DNA of 23,256 bases from Corallococcus exercitus (GTDB lineage: Bacteria > Myxococcota > Myxococcia > Myxococcales > Myxococcaceae), in NCBI RefSeq assembly GCF_013116615.1, contig NZ_JABFJW010000124.1. One strand, given 5' to 3'. Numbering within the stretch: the first letter of the stretch is position 1; every line of letters begins with the position of its first letter. The translations under genes were made by a program, and so were the position numbers. The notes beneath the pieces are model-generated. The model was not told the DNA's origin, ran no database searches, and was given only the letters and a program-made list of their open reading frames with translations. Shown here in pieces: positions 7,607 to 15,725 of this stretch.

Positions 7607-8296
7607 TCAGCCCCGGGCGGCCCGGGCGTCGCGGCCCCGGGCGCGGGCGGCCTTGGAGAGCACGTCGCTCCCCTTTTCCTCGCCCTTCATCCACGCCTTC
7701 ATCGCGGGCACCACCTGCTTGCTCCAGGCGCGGCCGGCGCGCATGGGCAGGAAGTCCTGCACCAGCGCGTCCACCAGTCCGGAGAGCTGCTCGGTCAGCT
7801 CCAACCGCTCGGTGAGCTGATCATCCTCTTCCTCGGTCATGAGCGCGGGCAGCTTGGCGGCGCGGATGTCCAGGAACTCGGAATCGAGCGTGACTTCGTA
7901 TTCGCGCTCGCCGTGCGAGATGCGCAGCCGCGCCTGGGACACCAGCAGGCCCCGGTCCAGCGAGTGGCGCACGTTCTCCGAATACGGCGCCAGCGTGCCC
8001 TTGGCGCTCATCTCCGTGACGTCGCCCGCCACGCCGCGCAGCACCACCTTGCCCAGGAAGAGGACCACGACACCCGCGCCGTCGAACTCCACCAGCGGGT
8101 CGCCCGACTCCGAGCGCCACAGCAGCCACGTCATGAACTCGCGGCCCAGGTAGGCGCGGCCGCGCAGCAGTTGTTCGCGCGCCTTGCCCTTTTCGACCTC
8201 GGCTTCGTCCTTCTCCTCCTCGGTGGCGACACCGTCCACTCCGACATCGCCCCGGGCGAACGCCGCCTCTTCCCTCGCCTGCTCACGCCTCGCCAT
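7607..8296 (-). CDS. RdgC-like protein, C-terminal portion (Glu-rich N-terminal segment, then a region collinear with the RdgC C-terminal third)
   Basis: ATG at 8296, overlapping the stop of the upstream ORF by 14 nt. From memory, …FMTWLLWRSESGDPLVEFDGAG… ~ E. coli RdgC …[23 protein letters not shown]…, and …LTERLELTEQLSGLVDALVQDFL ~ …[23 protein letters not shown]. The first ~60 aa (MARREQAREEAAFARGDVGVDGVATEEEKDEAEVEKGKAREQ…) are acidic low-complexity. Confidence 0.65.
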   Translation of the reverse strand: MARREQAREEAAFARGDVGVDGVATEEEKDEAEVEKGKAREQLLRGRAYLGREFMTWLLWRSESGDPLVEFDGAGVVVLFLGKVVLRGVAGDVTEMSAKGTLAPYSENVRHSLDRGLLVSQARLRISHGEREYEVTLDSEFLDIRAAKLPALMTEEEDDQLTERLELTEQLSGLVDALVQDFLPMRAGRAWSKQVVPAMKAWMKGEEKGSDVLSKAARARGRDARAARG

Positions 8297-8933
8297 GGGT
8301 GTCCTCCACCGAAGCCGTCGCCGGCAGGTCCATTCCAATGAGCTCCGCCGTGGGGCCCAGGGCCTTCTCGTCGATGCCCGCGCGCTGCGCCATGGACGCG
8401 GGGGTAATTCCAATCACCTTCACCGCCAGGGCGCCTTCCAGCGCCACGCAGATCTCATCCACCGTCTTGCGCGACGCGGCCCAGACCTGCACCGTCTGCG
8501 TCTTCAGGTTCCACGTCACGTCCAGCACGCTGGTGCGCGGCACCGCGCGCTGACGCAGGAGCTGCTTGAGCTCCGCGCGCTGCTTGTTCTTCTCCGCGCG
8601 CGCGGGCGGCCGGCCGTTCTCCCTGGCGAAGGCGGCGGACCACTTGTCCAGCTCCGACTTCATCATCGACGCTGGCACCTTCAGCGTGTCGATGCGGAAG
8701 CCGAACAGGGCGTACTCGCCATAGAAGAGGTTTCCGGTGGCGAACTCGGAGGACTCCGGGTTCTCCAGCTCCACGAAACCGGCGGCGCGCTCCTCCTCGG
8801 AGCGGCGGTCGATGGGCTCGAACGCATGGGACTTGAGTCCCTTGGTCAGCCAGCGCTTGACGTCGGACGGCGCATCCTTGGCCGGCTCGGTCCGGAAGCG
8901 CGAAAAGGTCACGGCACCACGTAGGACAGGCAT
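8283..8933 (-). CDS. RdgC-like recombination-associated protein, N-terminal portion
   Basis: ATG at 8933 (revcomp of cat at 8931-8933). MPVLRGAVTFSRFRTEP… is collinear with the E. coli RdgC N-terminus MLWFKNLMVYRLSREIS… through …RTSVLDVTWNLKTQTVQVWAASRKTVDEICVALEGALA ~ …[39 protein letters not shown]. It stops at TGA 8283-8285, 14 nt inside the next ORF. Confidence 0.7.
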   Translation of the reverse strand: MPVLRGAVTFSRFRTEPAKDAPSDVKRWLTKGLKSHAFEPIDRRSEEERAAGFVELENPESSEFATGNLFYGEYALFGFRIDTLKVPASMMKSELDKWSAAFARENGRPPARAEKNKQRAELKQLLRQRAVPRTSVLDVTWNLKTQTVQVWAASRKTVDEICVALEGALAVKVIGITPASMAQRAGIDEKALGPTAELIGMDLPATASVEDTHGEA

Positions 8934-9123
8934 GGGGCGCGGCAGGATGGGGGTCGCGTGGCGCCGCGTCAAGGCACTCGGTGTGGCTGGACGGAGCGGC
9001 CCGGGAATAGCCCGCGCGCGAAGCCGTTTGCCCGTGCTCCGTCCAACCGTGCACGCCTCCGCCCCACCCCGCCGGCGGGAAACCATGACACTCCCAGGCA
9101 CGCGACATACGGTGGCCGCCGCC

Positions 9124-10608
9124 ATGCGCCGCGCCCTCTTCCCCGCCAGCGTTGCCCTCTTGCTGTCCGCCTGCACCCACGCGCCCGCCACGCCGGACGG
9201 CGCCCCGCGGAACACCCTGCCCGGGGTGACGAACGCCCTGCTGGAGACCCTGGAGGCGGACGGCGCCATCACCGGCGCGTATGTGGTGGACGCTCGCACC
9301 GGGGCGCCCCTCTTCACGCACCGGGAGAACGTGCGGCTGTTGCCCGCATCCACGATGAAGGTGGTGTCCACCTCCGCCGTGCTGTCCGCGCTGGGGGCGG
9401 ACTTCCGCTTCGTGACGCCGGTGTCGCTGGAGGGCTCGCAGACGGGAGGCCTGTTCCTGGGCGACGTGGTGGCGCAGGCGTCCGGGGACCCGTCGCTGGG
9501 CTCGTGGCGCTTCCCGGAGACGGCGCTCGCGTGTGACCGCATCGCGGAGGCCTTCCAGGCGCGCGGCATCCACCAGTGGCGCGGCAACGTGCGCATCGCC
9601 GGCACGGACGGCGTGGATGGCGGCCTGGGCCCCGGCTGGGCCTGGGACGACGCGGCGTATGCCTACAGCGCGGCGCCCACGCCCTTCGTTTTCCGCGAGA
9701 ACGTGGTGGACCTGGCGCTGACCCGCGCTCCCGGCGCCACCTGCGCGGACGCGCCTTCCGTCCAGTGGACCCCCACCTTCGCCACGCTGTCCGCGGTGGT
9801 GAACGTGGACGTCAACGCGGAGCGCGCGAACCTGGCCTGCGTGCGTGGGGGCGGTGGAGTGCGGTGCACGTGGCGCTCGCCTTCGGGGGGGCCGTGTCCC
9901 CAGGCCGCCGCGGTGAAGCTGTCCGTGGACGCGCCGGAGGCCCTCTTCGCCGCGTGCGTGGACGACGCGCTGGCGCGGCACGGGGTGACGCGGCTGCCGA
10001 TGTCGCTGGAGGCGCCCACCCCGCCCATGCCGCCGGTGCCGGTGCCGCTGGTGGAGCTGATCAGCCCGCCCCTGTCGGAGCTGGTGCGCGCGACGAACAA
10101 GGAGAGCCTCAACCTGTACGCGGAGCGGCTGGGCATGCGCTTCGCGCGCGAGCGCACCGGCAACGAAGGTTATGCCGCGCTGCGCACGGCCCTGGTCGCT
10201 GAGCTGACGCGCCGGGGCGTGCCGTCCAAGGACCTGCGCCCGGTGGATGGCAGCGGCCTGTCCCGCTACAACCTGGCCACGCCCCGGGGCATGGCGCGGG
10301 TGCTGCTCACCAGCCTCCAGGAGCCCTACGGCGCCGCGCTGGTGGACAGCCTGCCGGTGCTGGGCGTGGACGGGACGCTGGCGGGCCGCAAGACGACGCA
10401 GTCCACCGCGGGCCGCATCCGCGCGAAGACGGGCACGCTCACGGGCCAGAAGTGCTTCGTGGGCGTGGCGGAGCGGCCCAATGACCCGGAGCACCCGCGC
10501 GTCGTCTTCGCGCTGATGCTCGGCAACATGGACGAGGGCACGAAGCCCAACGCCAACGAGACCTTCGACACCTTCTCCACCGCCCTGGTGGAGCTGCCCC
10601 TGCGATGA
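9124..10608 (+). CDS. dacB: D-alanyl-D-alanine carboxypeptidase/endopeptidase, PBP4 family (peptidase S13), lipoprotein-type signal
   Basis: MRRALFPASVALLLSAC is a lipobox signal; the alternative in-frame ATG at 9085 adds MTLPGTRHTVAAA. Motifs: SxxK (LLPASTMKVVSTSAVL), KTG (IRAKTGTLTGQ), and …VDGSGLSRYN…. Length ~495 aa is typical of DacB/PBP4. Confidence 0.85.
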   Translation: MRRALFPASVALLLSACTHAPATPDGAPRNTLPGVTNALLETLEADGAITGAYVVDARTGAPLFTHRENVRLLPASTMKVVSTSAVLSALGADFRFVTPVSLEGSQTGGLFLGDVVAQASGDPSLGSWRFPETALACDRIAEAFQARGIHQWRGNVRIAGTDGVDGGLGPGWAWDDAAYAYSAAPTPFVFRENVVDLALTRAPGATCADAPSVQWTPTFATLSAVVNVDVNAERANLACVRGGGGVRCTWRSPSGGPCPQAAAVKLSVDAPEALFAACVDDALARHGVTRLPMSLEAPTPPMPPVPVPLVELISPPLSELVRATNKESLNLYAERLGMRFARERTGNEGYAALRTALVAELTRRGVPSKDLRPVDGSGLSRYNLATPRGMARVLLTSLQEPYGAALVDSLPVLGVDGTLAGRKTTQSTAGRIRAKTGTLTGQKCFVGVAERPNDPEHPRVVFALMLGNMDEGTKPNANETFDTFSTALVELPLR

Positions 10609-10645
10609 GCGTCCCGCAGGGGACCACCCGCATGCGAGGTGAACC

Positions 10646-12826
10646 ATGAAGTCCAGAATCGCAGTGACGACCGCCGCGCTGCTGCTGCCGCTGGTGGCGG
10701 GAGCCGCCGGCAAGGCGCCCGCGAAGCCGGCCGCCGCGAAGAAGCAGCCCGTGGAGACCACCTACCACGGCACCACCGTGGCGGATCCGTACCAGTGGAT
10801 GGAGTCCGCCACCGACCCCAAGGTCCAGCAGTGGACCGACTCGCAGAACACGTACACGCGCGCGTACCTGGACAGGCTCCCGGGCCGCGAGCCGCTGCGC
10901 CAGCGCATCACGGAGATCCTCTCCTGGAAGTCGCCCGGCTACGGCGGCCTGGACGAACAGGGCGGCACGCTGCTGGCGCTGAAGTACCAGCCGCCCAAGC
11001 AGCAGCCCTCGCTCATCGTGGTGGGCTCGCTGGACGACACGTCGAAGGAGCGCGTGCTGGTGGACCCAACGGTCGTGGACACCTCCGGCAAGACGACCAT
11101 CGACTGGTTCCAGCTGTCGCACGACGGCAAGAAGGTCGCCGTCTCCATGTCCAAGGCGGGCACGGAGAGCGGTGACGTGTCCGTGTGGGACGTGGCCTCC
11201 TCGAAGGCGATGCCCAACGAGCTGGTGCCGCGCGTCAACAGCGGAACGGCGGGCGGCAGCCTCGCGTGGAACGCGCAGGGCACGGGCTTCTTCTACACGC
11301 GCCATCCGCGGGGCGAGGAGCGCCCGCCCGAGGACCGCAACGTCTACCAGCAGGTGTACTTCCACGCGCTGGGCACGCCCACGGAGAAGGACGCGTACGC
11401 GCTGGGCAAGGACTTCCCGCGCATCGCGATGACGGAGCTGGAGTCCAGCGACGACGGCCAGTACACCTTCGCGCGCGTGGCCAACGGCGACGGCGGCGAG
11501 TACGACCTGTTCCTGCACGGTCCCAAGGGCACCTGGACGCAGGTGGCGAAGTACGCGGACAAGGTGGTGTCCGCGCGCTTTGGCAGCGACGGCGCGGCGT
11601 ACCTGATCAGCCGCAAGGATGCGCCGAAGGGCAAGGTGCTGCGGCTGCCCCTGGCCACGCCCACGCTGGACAAGGCCGCCGTCATCGTGCCGGAGGGCGA
11701 GGCGACGGTGCAGGCCGTGGTGCCAACGAAGAGCCGGCTGTACCTGCTGGAGCAGTTGGGCGGTCCGTCGCAGCTGCGCATGGTGGACCTGACGGGCAAG
11801 GCGCTGGGGCTGGTGCCCACGCTGCCGGTGTCGTCGGTGGGCGGCCTGGTGCGCCAGGGCGCGGACGACCTGCTCGTCGTCAACGGCAGCTTCACCCAGC
11901 CGGCCGCGTGGTTCCGCTACTCGGCGGCGGACAACAAGCTCACGAAGACGGCGCTGGCGCGCACGGCCCCCGTCGACATGAGCGACGTGGAGGTGGTGCG
12001 CACGGAGGCCACGTCCAAGGACGGCACCAAGGTGCCGCTCACCATCCTGAAGAAGAAGGGCACGAAGCTGAACGGGAACAACCCCACGCTGCTCACCGGC
12101 TACGGCGGCTTCAACATCTCCATCTCCCCGGGCTACAACCCGGTCACCGGCATGTGGCTGGAGCAGGGCGGCGTGTTCGCGGTGGCGAACCTGCGCGGCG
12201 GCTCGGAGTTCGGCGAGGAGTGGCACAAGGGCGGCTCGCTCACGAAGAAGCAGAACGTGTTCGACGACTTCTACGCGTGCGCGAAGCTGCTGGTGGACCA
12301 GAAGTACACGCAGCCGAAGAAGCTGGCCATCCAGGGCGGCAGCAACGGCGGCCTGCTGATGGGCGCGGCCCTGACGCAGCACCCGGAGCAGTACGGCGCG
12401 GTGGTGGCGCGCGTGGGCATCTACGACATGCTGCGCACGGAGCTGACGCCCAACGGCCAGTTCAACGTGACGGAGTACGGCTCGGTGAAGGACCCGGAGC
12501 AGTTCAAGGCGCTGTACAGCTATTCGCCGGTGCACCAGGTGAAGGACGGGACGAAGTACCCGTCGGTGCTCTTCACGTCCGGGGCCAATGACCCGCGCGT
12601 GGATCCGTACCACTCGCGCAAGATGGTGGCCCGGATGCAGTCCGCGACGGCGTCCCCCAAGCCCATCCTGCTGCGCGCCAACGCGGAGACGGGCCACGGC
12701 ATGGGCACGCCGCTGTCCGCGCGCATCGAGGAGGAGGTGGACGTCTACTCCTTCGTCTTCAACGAGCTGGGCATGACGTACAAGCCCAACGCGACGAAGA
12801 AGGTCTCCGCGCCCGCGCCCAAGTAG
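10646..12826 (+). CDS. Secreted prolyl oligopeptidase (S9A family prolyl endopeptidase)
   Basis: ATG at 10646 with GAGGTGA 6 nt upstream. Signal peptide MKSRIAVTTAALLLPLVAGAAG. The N-terminal beta-propeller region shows …TTYHGTTVADPYQWMES…. The catalytic triad context is GGSNGGLLMGAA (Ser nucleophile, identical to the POP GGSNGGLL motif), …SGANDPRVDPYHSRK (Asp) and …ETGHGMGTP (His). Only 37 bp separate it from dacB, on the same strand. Confidence 0.9.
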   Translation: MKSRIAVTTAALLLPLVAGAAGKAPAKPAAAKKQPVETTYHGTTVADPYQWMESATDPKVQQWTDSQNTYTRAYLDRLPGREPLRQRITEILSWKSPGYGGLDEQGGTLLALKYQPPKQQPSLIVVGSLDDTSKERVLVDPTVVDTSGKTTIDWFQLSHDGKKVAVSMSKAGTESGDVSVWDVASSKAMPNELVPRVNSGTAGGSLAWNAQGTGFFYTRHPRGEERPPEDRNVYQQVYFHALGTPTEKDAYALGKDFPRIAMTELESSDDGQYTFARVANGDGGEYDLFLHGPKGTWTQVAKYADKVVSARFGSDGAAYLISRKDAPKGKVLRLPLATPTLDKAAVIVPEGEATVQAVVPTKSRLYLLEQLGGPSQLRMVDLTGKALGLVPTLPVSSVGGLVRQGADDLLVVNGSFTQPAAWFRYSAADNKLTKTALARTAPVDMSDVEVVRTEATSKDGTKVPLTILKKKGTKLNGNNPTLLTGYGGFNISISPGYNPVTGMWLEQGGVFAVANLRGGSEFGEEWHKGGSLTKKQNVFDDFYACAKLLVDQKYTQPKKLAIQGGSNGGLLMGAALTQHPEQYGAVVARVGIYDMLRTELTPNGQFNVTEYGSVKDPEQFKALYSYSPVHQVKDGTKYPSVLFTSGANDPRVDPYHSRKMVARMQSATASPKPILLRANAETGHGMGTPLSARIEEEVDVYSFVFNELGMTYKPNATKKVSAPAPK

Positions 12827-12840
12827 CCGTGCTTCTCTTC

Positions 12841-12890
12841 ACGCCCGTCTCCCGAGCCCCAGGGCTTGGAGACGGGCGTTTCTTCTTCCG
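12841..12890 (+). terminator. Rho-independent terminator downstream of the prolyl oligopeptidase gene
   Basis: acgcccgtctcc (12841-12852) and ggagacgggcgt (12868-12879) form a perfect 12-bp stem that extends into the loop (gagccc/gggctt). The T-rich tract ttcttcttcc (12880-12889) follows. Confidence 0.6.
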
Positions 12891-12914
12891 GATTTCGTGG
12901 CAGCCTGCCGCCCC

Positions 12915-13346
12915 ATGAGCCCGCTCATCCCCTACTTCATCCTCTCGCCCGTGGTCGCGGGCGGCCTGGCCTGGTGGACGCTCACCCGTCTTGGAAAGAA
13001 GCGGAACGCACGCGCGAAGGGTTCGCTGGACGCGGTGGTGACGCGGCTGCAAGGGCAGAAGGCCACGGGGACGGTGGACCTCTTCGTCCAGGACGTGTCC
13101 TGGTCCGGAGAGACGGAGCTGTCGCCGCAGAACTGCCGCGTCCGCGTGGTGATGGGTGGCCAGGACGCCGCGAGCATCCCCCCGCGCTTCGAGGTGGAGA
13201 GCGCACCGGGAGCCCCGCGCCCATCCGCGGACGTGCTGGCGGCGCTGCGCGTGCTGGATGCGCAGGCGACGGAGGCCCTGAAGTCCGGCGGCTGGAGCTG
13301 GCAGCGGCCCACGGTGAGCTTCGAGTCAGCGGCTCCGCCGCAGTAG
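12915..13346 (+). CDS. Hypothetical small membrane-anchored protein
   Basis: ATG at 12915; the ORF track starts at GTG 12897. MSPLIPYFILSPVVAGGLAWWTLTRLGKKRNARAKG… gives one N-terminal transmembrane helix followed by a basic stretch. No recognised domain. High GC3. Confidence 0.5.
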   Translation: MSPLIPYFILSPVVAGGLAWWTLTRLGKKRNARAKGSLDAVVTRLQGQKATGTVDLFVQDVSWSGETELSPQNCRVRVVMGGQDAASIPPRFEVESAPGAPRPSADVLAALRVLDAQATEALKSGGWSWQRPTVSFESAAPPQ

Positions 13347-13411
13347 CAATGGGGTTGCCTGCCGCACGCCCGGCGGGATTCATGTGACGGGTCGAGGAGC
13401 GCGGTGCCAGC

Positions 13412-14506
13412 ATGCGCCGCATGTCCTCGACCTTCCTCGATACGCTCGACACGCCCGCCGCCATCGTGGACCTGGACCGCGTCGAGCGGAACCTCCAGCG
13501 CGTTGCGACCTACGCCCGCGAGCACGGCCTGCGCTGGCGGCCCCATACGAAGACGCACAAGACGGCGGAGCTGGGCGCGATGCAGGTCGCGGCGGGAGCC
13601 TCCGGCGTCACGGTGGCCACGGTGCTGGAAGCCGAGGTCATGGCATCCGTGTCCGACGACGTGCTGCTCGCGTACCCGCCGGTGGGTACGCGCAAGCTGG
13701 CGCGGTTGATGGCCCTTCCCTCGCGCGTGCGGCTCACCGTGGCGCTCGATTCGCATGAGGCGCTGGAGGGCCTGGCGCGTGCGGCCCGGGACGCGGGGCG
13801 CACCGTGGGCGTGCTCGTGGAGGTGGACCTGGGCATGCGCCGCGTGGGGCTGCGCACGCCGGAGGAGACGGTGGCGCTGGCGCGCGCGGCGGCGTCCACG
13901 TCCGGCGTGGAATTTCGCGGGGTGACGTTCTACGCAGGCCACATCCGCGTCCCCCAGGCGGAGCTGTCCGCCGCGATGCAGGCCCAGGCAGAAGCGCTGG
14001 CGACGTTCGTGGGCGCATTGAGCCGCGCGGGCCTGCCGCCGGAGGTGGTCAGCGGCGGCTCCACGCCGACCCTCTGGCAATCCCACACCGTGAAGGGCCT
14101 CACGGAGATCCGCCCCGGGCTCAACGTGTTCAACGACCGCAACGCGGCGATCATCGGTGCCTGTGATTGGACGGAGTGCGCCTATTCGGTGCTGGCCACG
14201 GTGGTGAGCACGGCCGTGCCCGGCCAGGTGGTCATCGACGCGGGGGCCAAGGCGCTGGTGAAGGAGGAAGGGCTTGCGCCGGGCTATGGAGTCCTGCTGG
14301 ACCGGCCGGAGGTCGTGGTGAAGAACCTGTCGGAGGAGCACGGCCTGCTGGACGTGTCCGGCACGACGTGGCGCCCGCGCATCGGCGAGCGCGTGCGGGT
14401 GGTGCCCAACCATGTCTGTGTTTCCGTCCCGCAGCATCCCCGGCTGTATGTCGTGCGGGGCGACACACACTTGGCGACGTGGGAGGTCGCCGCGCGCGGC
14501 TGGTGA
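13412..14506 (+). CDS. DSD1-family PLP-dependent enzyme (alanine-racemase-like N-terminal domain; D-serine deaminase / D-threonine aldolase-like)
   Basis: ATG at 13412 with GAGGAG at 13395-13400. The N-terminus …AAIVDLDRVERNLQRVATYAREHGLRWRPHTKTHKTAELG… fits the alanine-racemase-N/DSD1 pattern (PLP-Lys in the HTKTHK context). Length ~364 aa is typical. The C-terminal half (…GERVRVVPNHVCVSV…) is consistent with the D-Ser-dehydratase-like C-terminal domain. Confidence 0.8.
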   Translation: MRRMSSTFLDTLDTPAAIVDLDRVERNLQRVATYAREHGLRWRPHTKTHKTAELGAMQVAAGASGVTVATVLEAEVMASVSDDVLLAYPPVGTRKLARLMALPSRVRLTVALDSHEALEGLARAARDAGRTVGVLVEVDLGMRRVGLRTPEETVALARAAASTSGVEFRGVTFYAGHIRVPQAELSAAMQAQAEALATFVGALSRAGLPPEVVSGGSTPTLWQSHTVKGLTEIRPGLNVFNDRNAAIIGACDWTECAYSVLATVVSTAVPGQVVIDAGAKALVKEEGLAPGYGVLLDRPEVVVKNLSEEHGLLDVSGTTWRPRIGERVRVVPNHVCVSVPQHPRLYVVRGDTHLATWEVAARGW

Positions 14507-14515
14507 GCCCAGGCT

Positions 14516-15511
14516 TCAGACGATGCGCTGCAACTCCTGCGTCAGCATCTCCTCCAGGTGCCGGATGTTCCGGTAGACGAGGCACCGGTAGCTGGAGACA
14601 TCGAAGCGCAATTCCTTCACGTCGCGAACAAGCATCAGGGTGGGCTTGCCACGTCCCCATGCATAGCCCACCTCCAGATAGACATTGGGGTTCGCCAATG
14701 ACAGGTCCGCGATGACGACCTTCGCGGTGTCAATACGGTCCCGGATGCGCTGGATGATGGGGCCATCGAAGACGGCCTGGTCCACCCGCTCGCACAGGAG
14801 CCCGGCCGCCTTCACGGGGTTCAGGATGCCGTAGTGGTAGGTGTCCTCCAGCTCCGGCGCGAAGGGCATTGCCACGAAGGCGTGGGGCTTCTCGTTGGAG
14901 TTCGCGCCCGCGCTCGCCATGGGCGGCGCCTGGACGAAGCGGGACGTCCGCCGCACGCGGAAGCCCGTGGCCCCCATCAGCGGCTCCACGCCCGGCGTGA
15001 GTCCCAGCCCCAGCGCGATGGCCTTGCGCAGCCGCTCCACGCGCTTGGGGTTCAGCTCCACCACCGTGATGCGCTTGAGGTCGCGCGGCCCGCTGCCGCG
15101 CTGGAACGCGTCCACGAAGCCGCCCACCAGGGCCAGCACGGCCTCGTCCTCGTCCAACCCGTAGTTGGGGCCGTGCACCGTGCACGCGAGGTGACGCACC
15201 TCGTGCCGGGGCTCCAGGAGCTGGAGCGCTCGCACGGAGAACTGGCGGATCTCGTGGTAGCCAAACTGCCGCAGGCGCACCGTGCCCAGGAAGAGCACCA
15301 GCGGAGCCCCCAGGCTCCTGCGCGTGTCGATGAAGCGGTGGTCCCCAGGGAGCAGGTCGAAGGCGTCCATGGCCACGCCCGCCGCCTCCAGCCGGCGCGA
15401 CACCGCGCCGTCCGCCCCGTGGAAGCCCTGCGCGTACTTCAGCAGCACGGCGTCCGCGGGCGTCTCCCCCACGTCTCCCAGGTCCACCACGACGTCCAGC
15501 GTGTCTCCCAT
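14516..15511 (-). CDS. Two-domain protein: N-terminal Macro (ADP-ribose binding/processing) domain fused to a C-terminal nucleoside 2-deoxyribosyltransferase-like (NDT/TIR-like Rossmannoid) domain
   Basis: ATG at 15511. The N-terminus LDVVVDLGDVGETPADAVLLKYAQGFHGADGAVSRRL…LLPGDHRFIDTRRSLGAPLVLFLGTVRL…EVRHLACTVHGPNYGLDEDEAVLALVGGFVDAF follows the Macro pattern (GDIT…DAIVNAAN…GGGV…AI; …pGe..iT.g..L…VIHtVgP; …IAFPaIStGiyGyP…eAa). The C-terminus HAFVAMPFAPELEDTYHYGIL…IDTAKVVIADLSLANPNVYLEVGYAWGRGKPTLMLV carries the NDT-superfamily signature (…aD.vva.ld…N..v.fElGyA.a.gKPv…). There is no signal peptide or TM segment. Confidence 0.75.
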   Translation of the reverse strand: MGDTLDVVVDLGDVGETPADAVLLKYAQGFHGADGAVSRRLEAAGVAMDAFDLLPGDHRFIDTRRSLGAPLVLFLGTVRLRQFGYHEIRQFSVRALQLLEPRHEVRHLACTVHGPNYGLDEDEAVLALVGGFVDAFQRGSGPRDLKRITVVELNPKRVERLRKAIALGLGLTPGVEPLMGATGFRVRRTSRFVQAPPMASAGANSNEKPHAFVAMPFAPELEDTYHYGILNPVKAAGLLCERVDQAVFDGPIIQRIRDRIDTAKVVIADLSLANPNVYLEVGYAWGRGKPTLMLVRDVKELRFDVSSYRCLVYRNIRHLEEMLTQELQRIV

Positions 15512-15672
15512 GGGCCGGGGACTGTAGGGCGTCCCGGTCCGCCCACGCCATCCCCTGCATCCGTCGCCGTGCGTCAGGAAGGGCGAAACACAGACGTGAC
15601 AGCAGCGGCCAATCCCTGTTCAATGACGCCCTTGCGCCTGCCTGGCTGTCTTTCAGGCCACCCTCATGCCGC

Positions 15673-15690
15673 CTGTGAAGCGCTTCACAG
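15673..15690. promoter_or_regulatory. Perfect CRP/FNR-family binding-site palindrome (TGTGA-N6-TCACA) upstream of the tandem cNMP-binding protein gene
   Basis: cTGTGAagcgctTCACAg is a perfect 18-bp palindrome at 15673-15690, ending ~27-36 nt before the candidate starts (TTG 15717 / ATG 15726). It lies in the 205-bp divergent intergenic region shared with the Macro-NDT gene. Confidence 0.5.
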
Positions 15691-15725
15691 TTTCCGGCGG
15701 GGCGGCCCGGTAGCATTTGGGCACC

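Noticed and set aside
7499-8413. Alternative gene models on the plus strand across the RdgC-like region (7499..8341, 7839..8153, 8184..8924).
   Set aside because: The minus-strand ORFs show collinear similarity to RdgC. The plus-strand ORFs are Arg/Pro/Ala-rich shadow frames.
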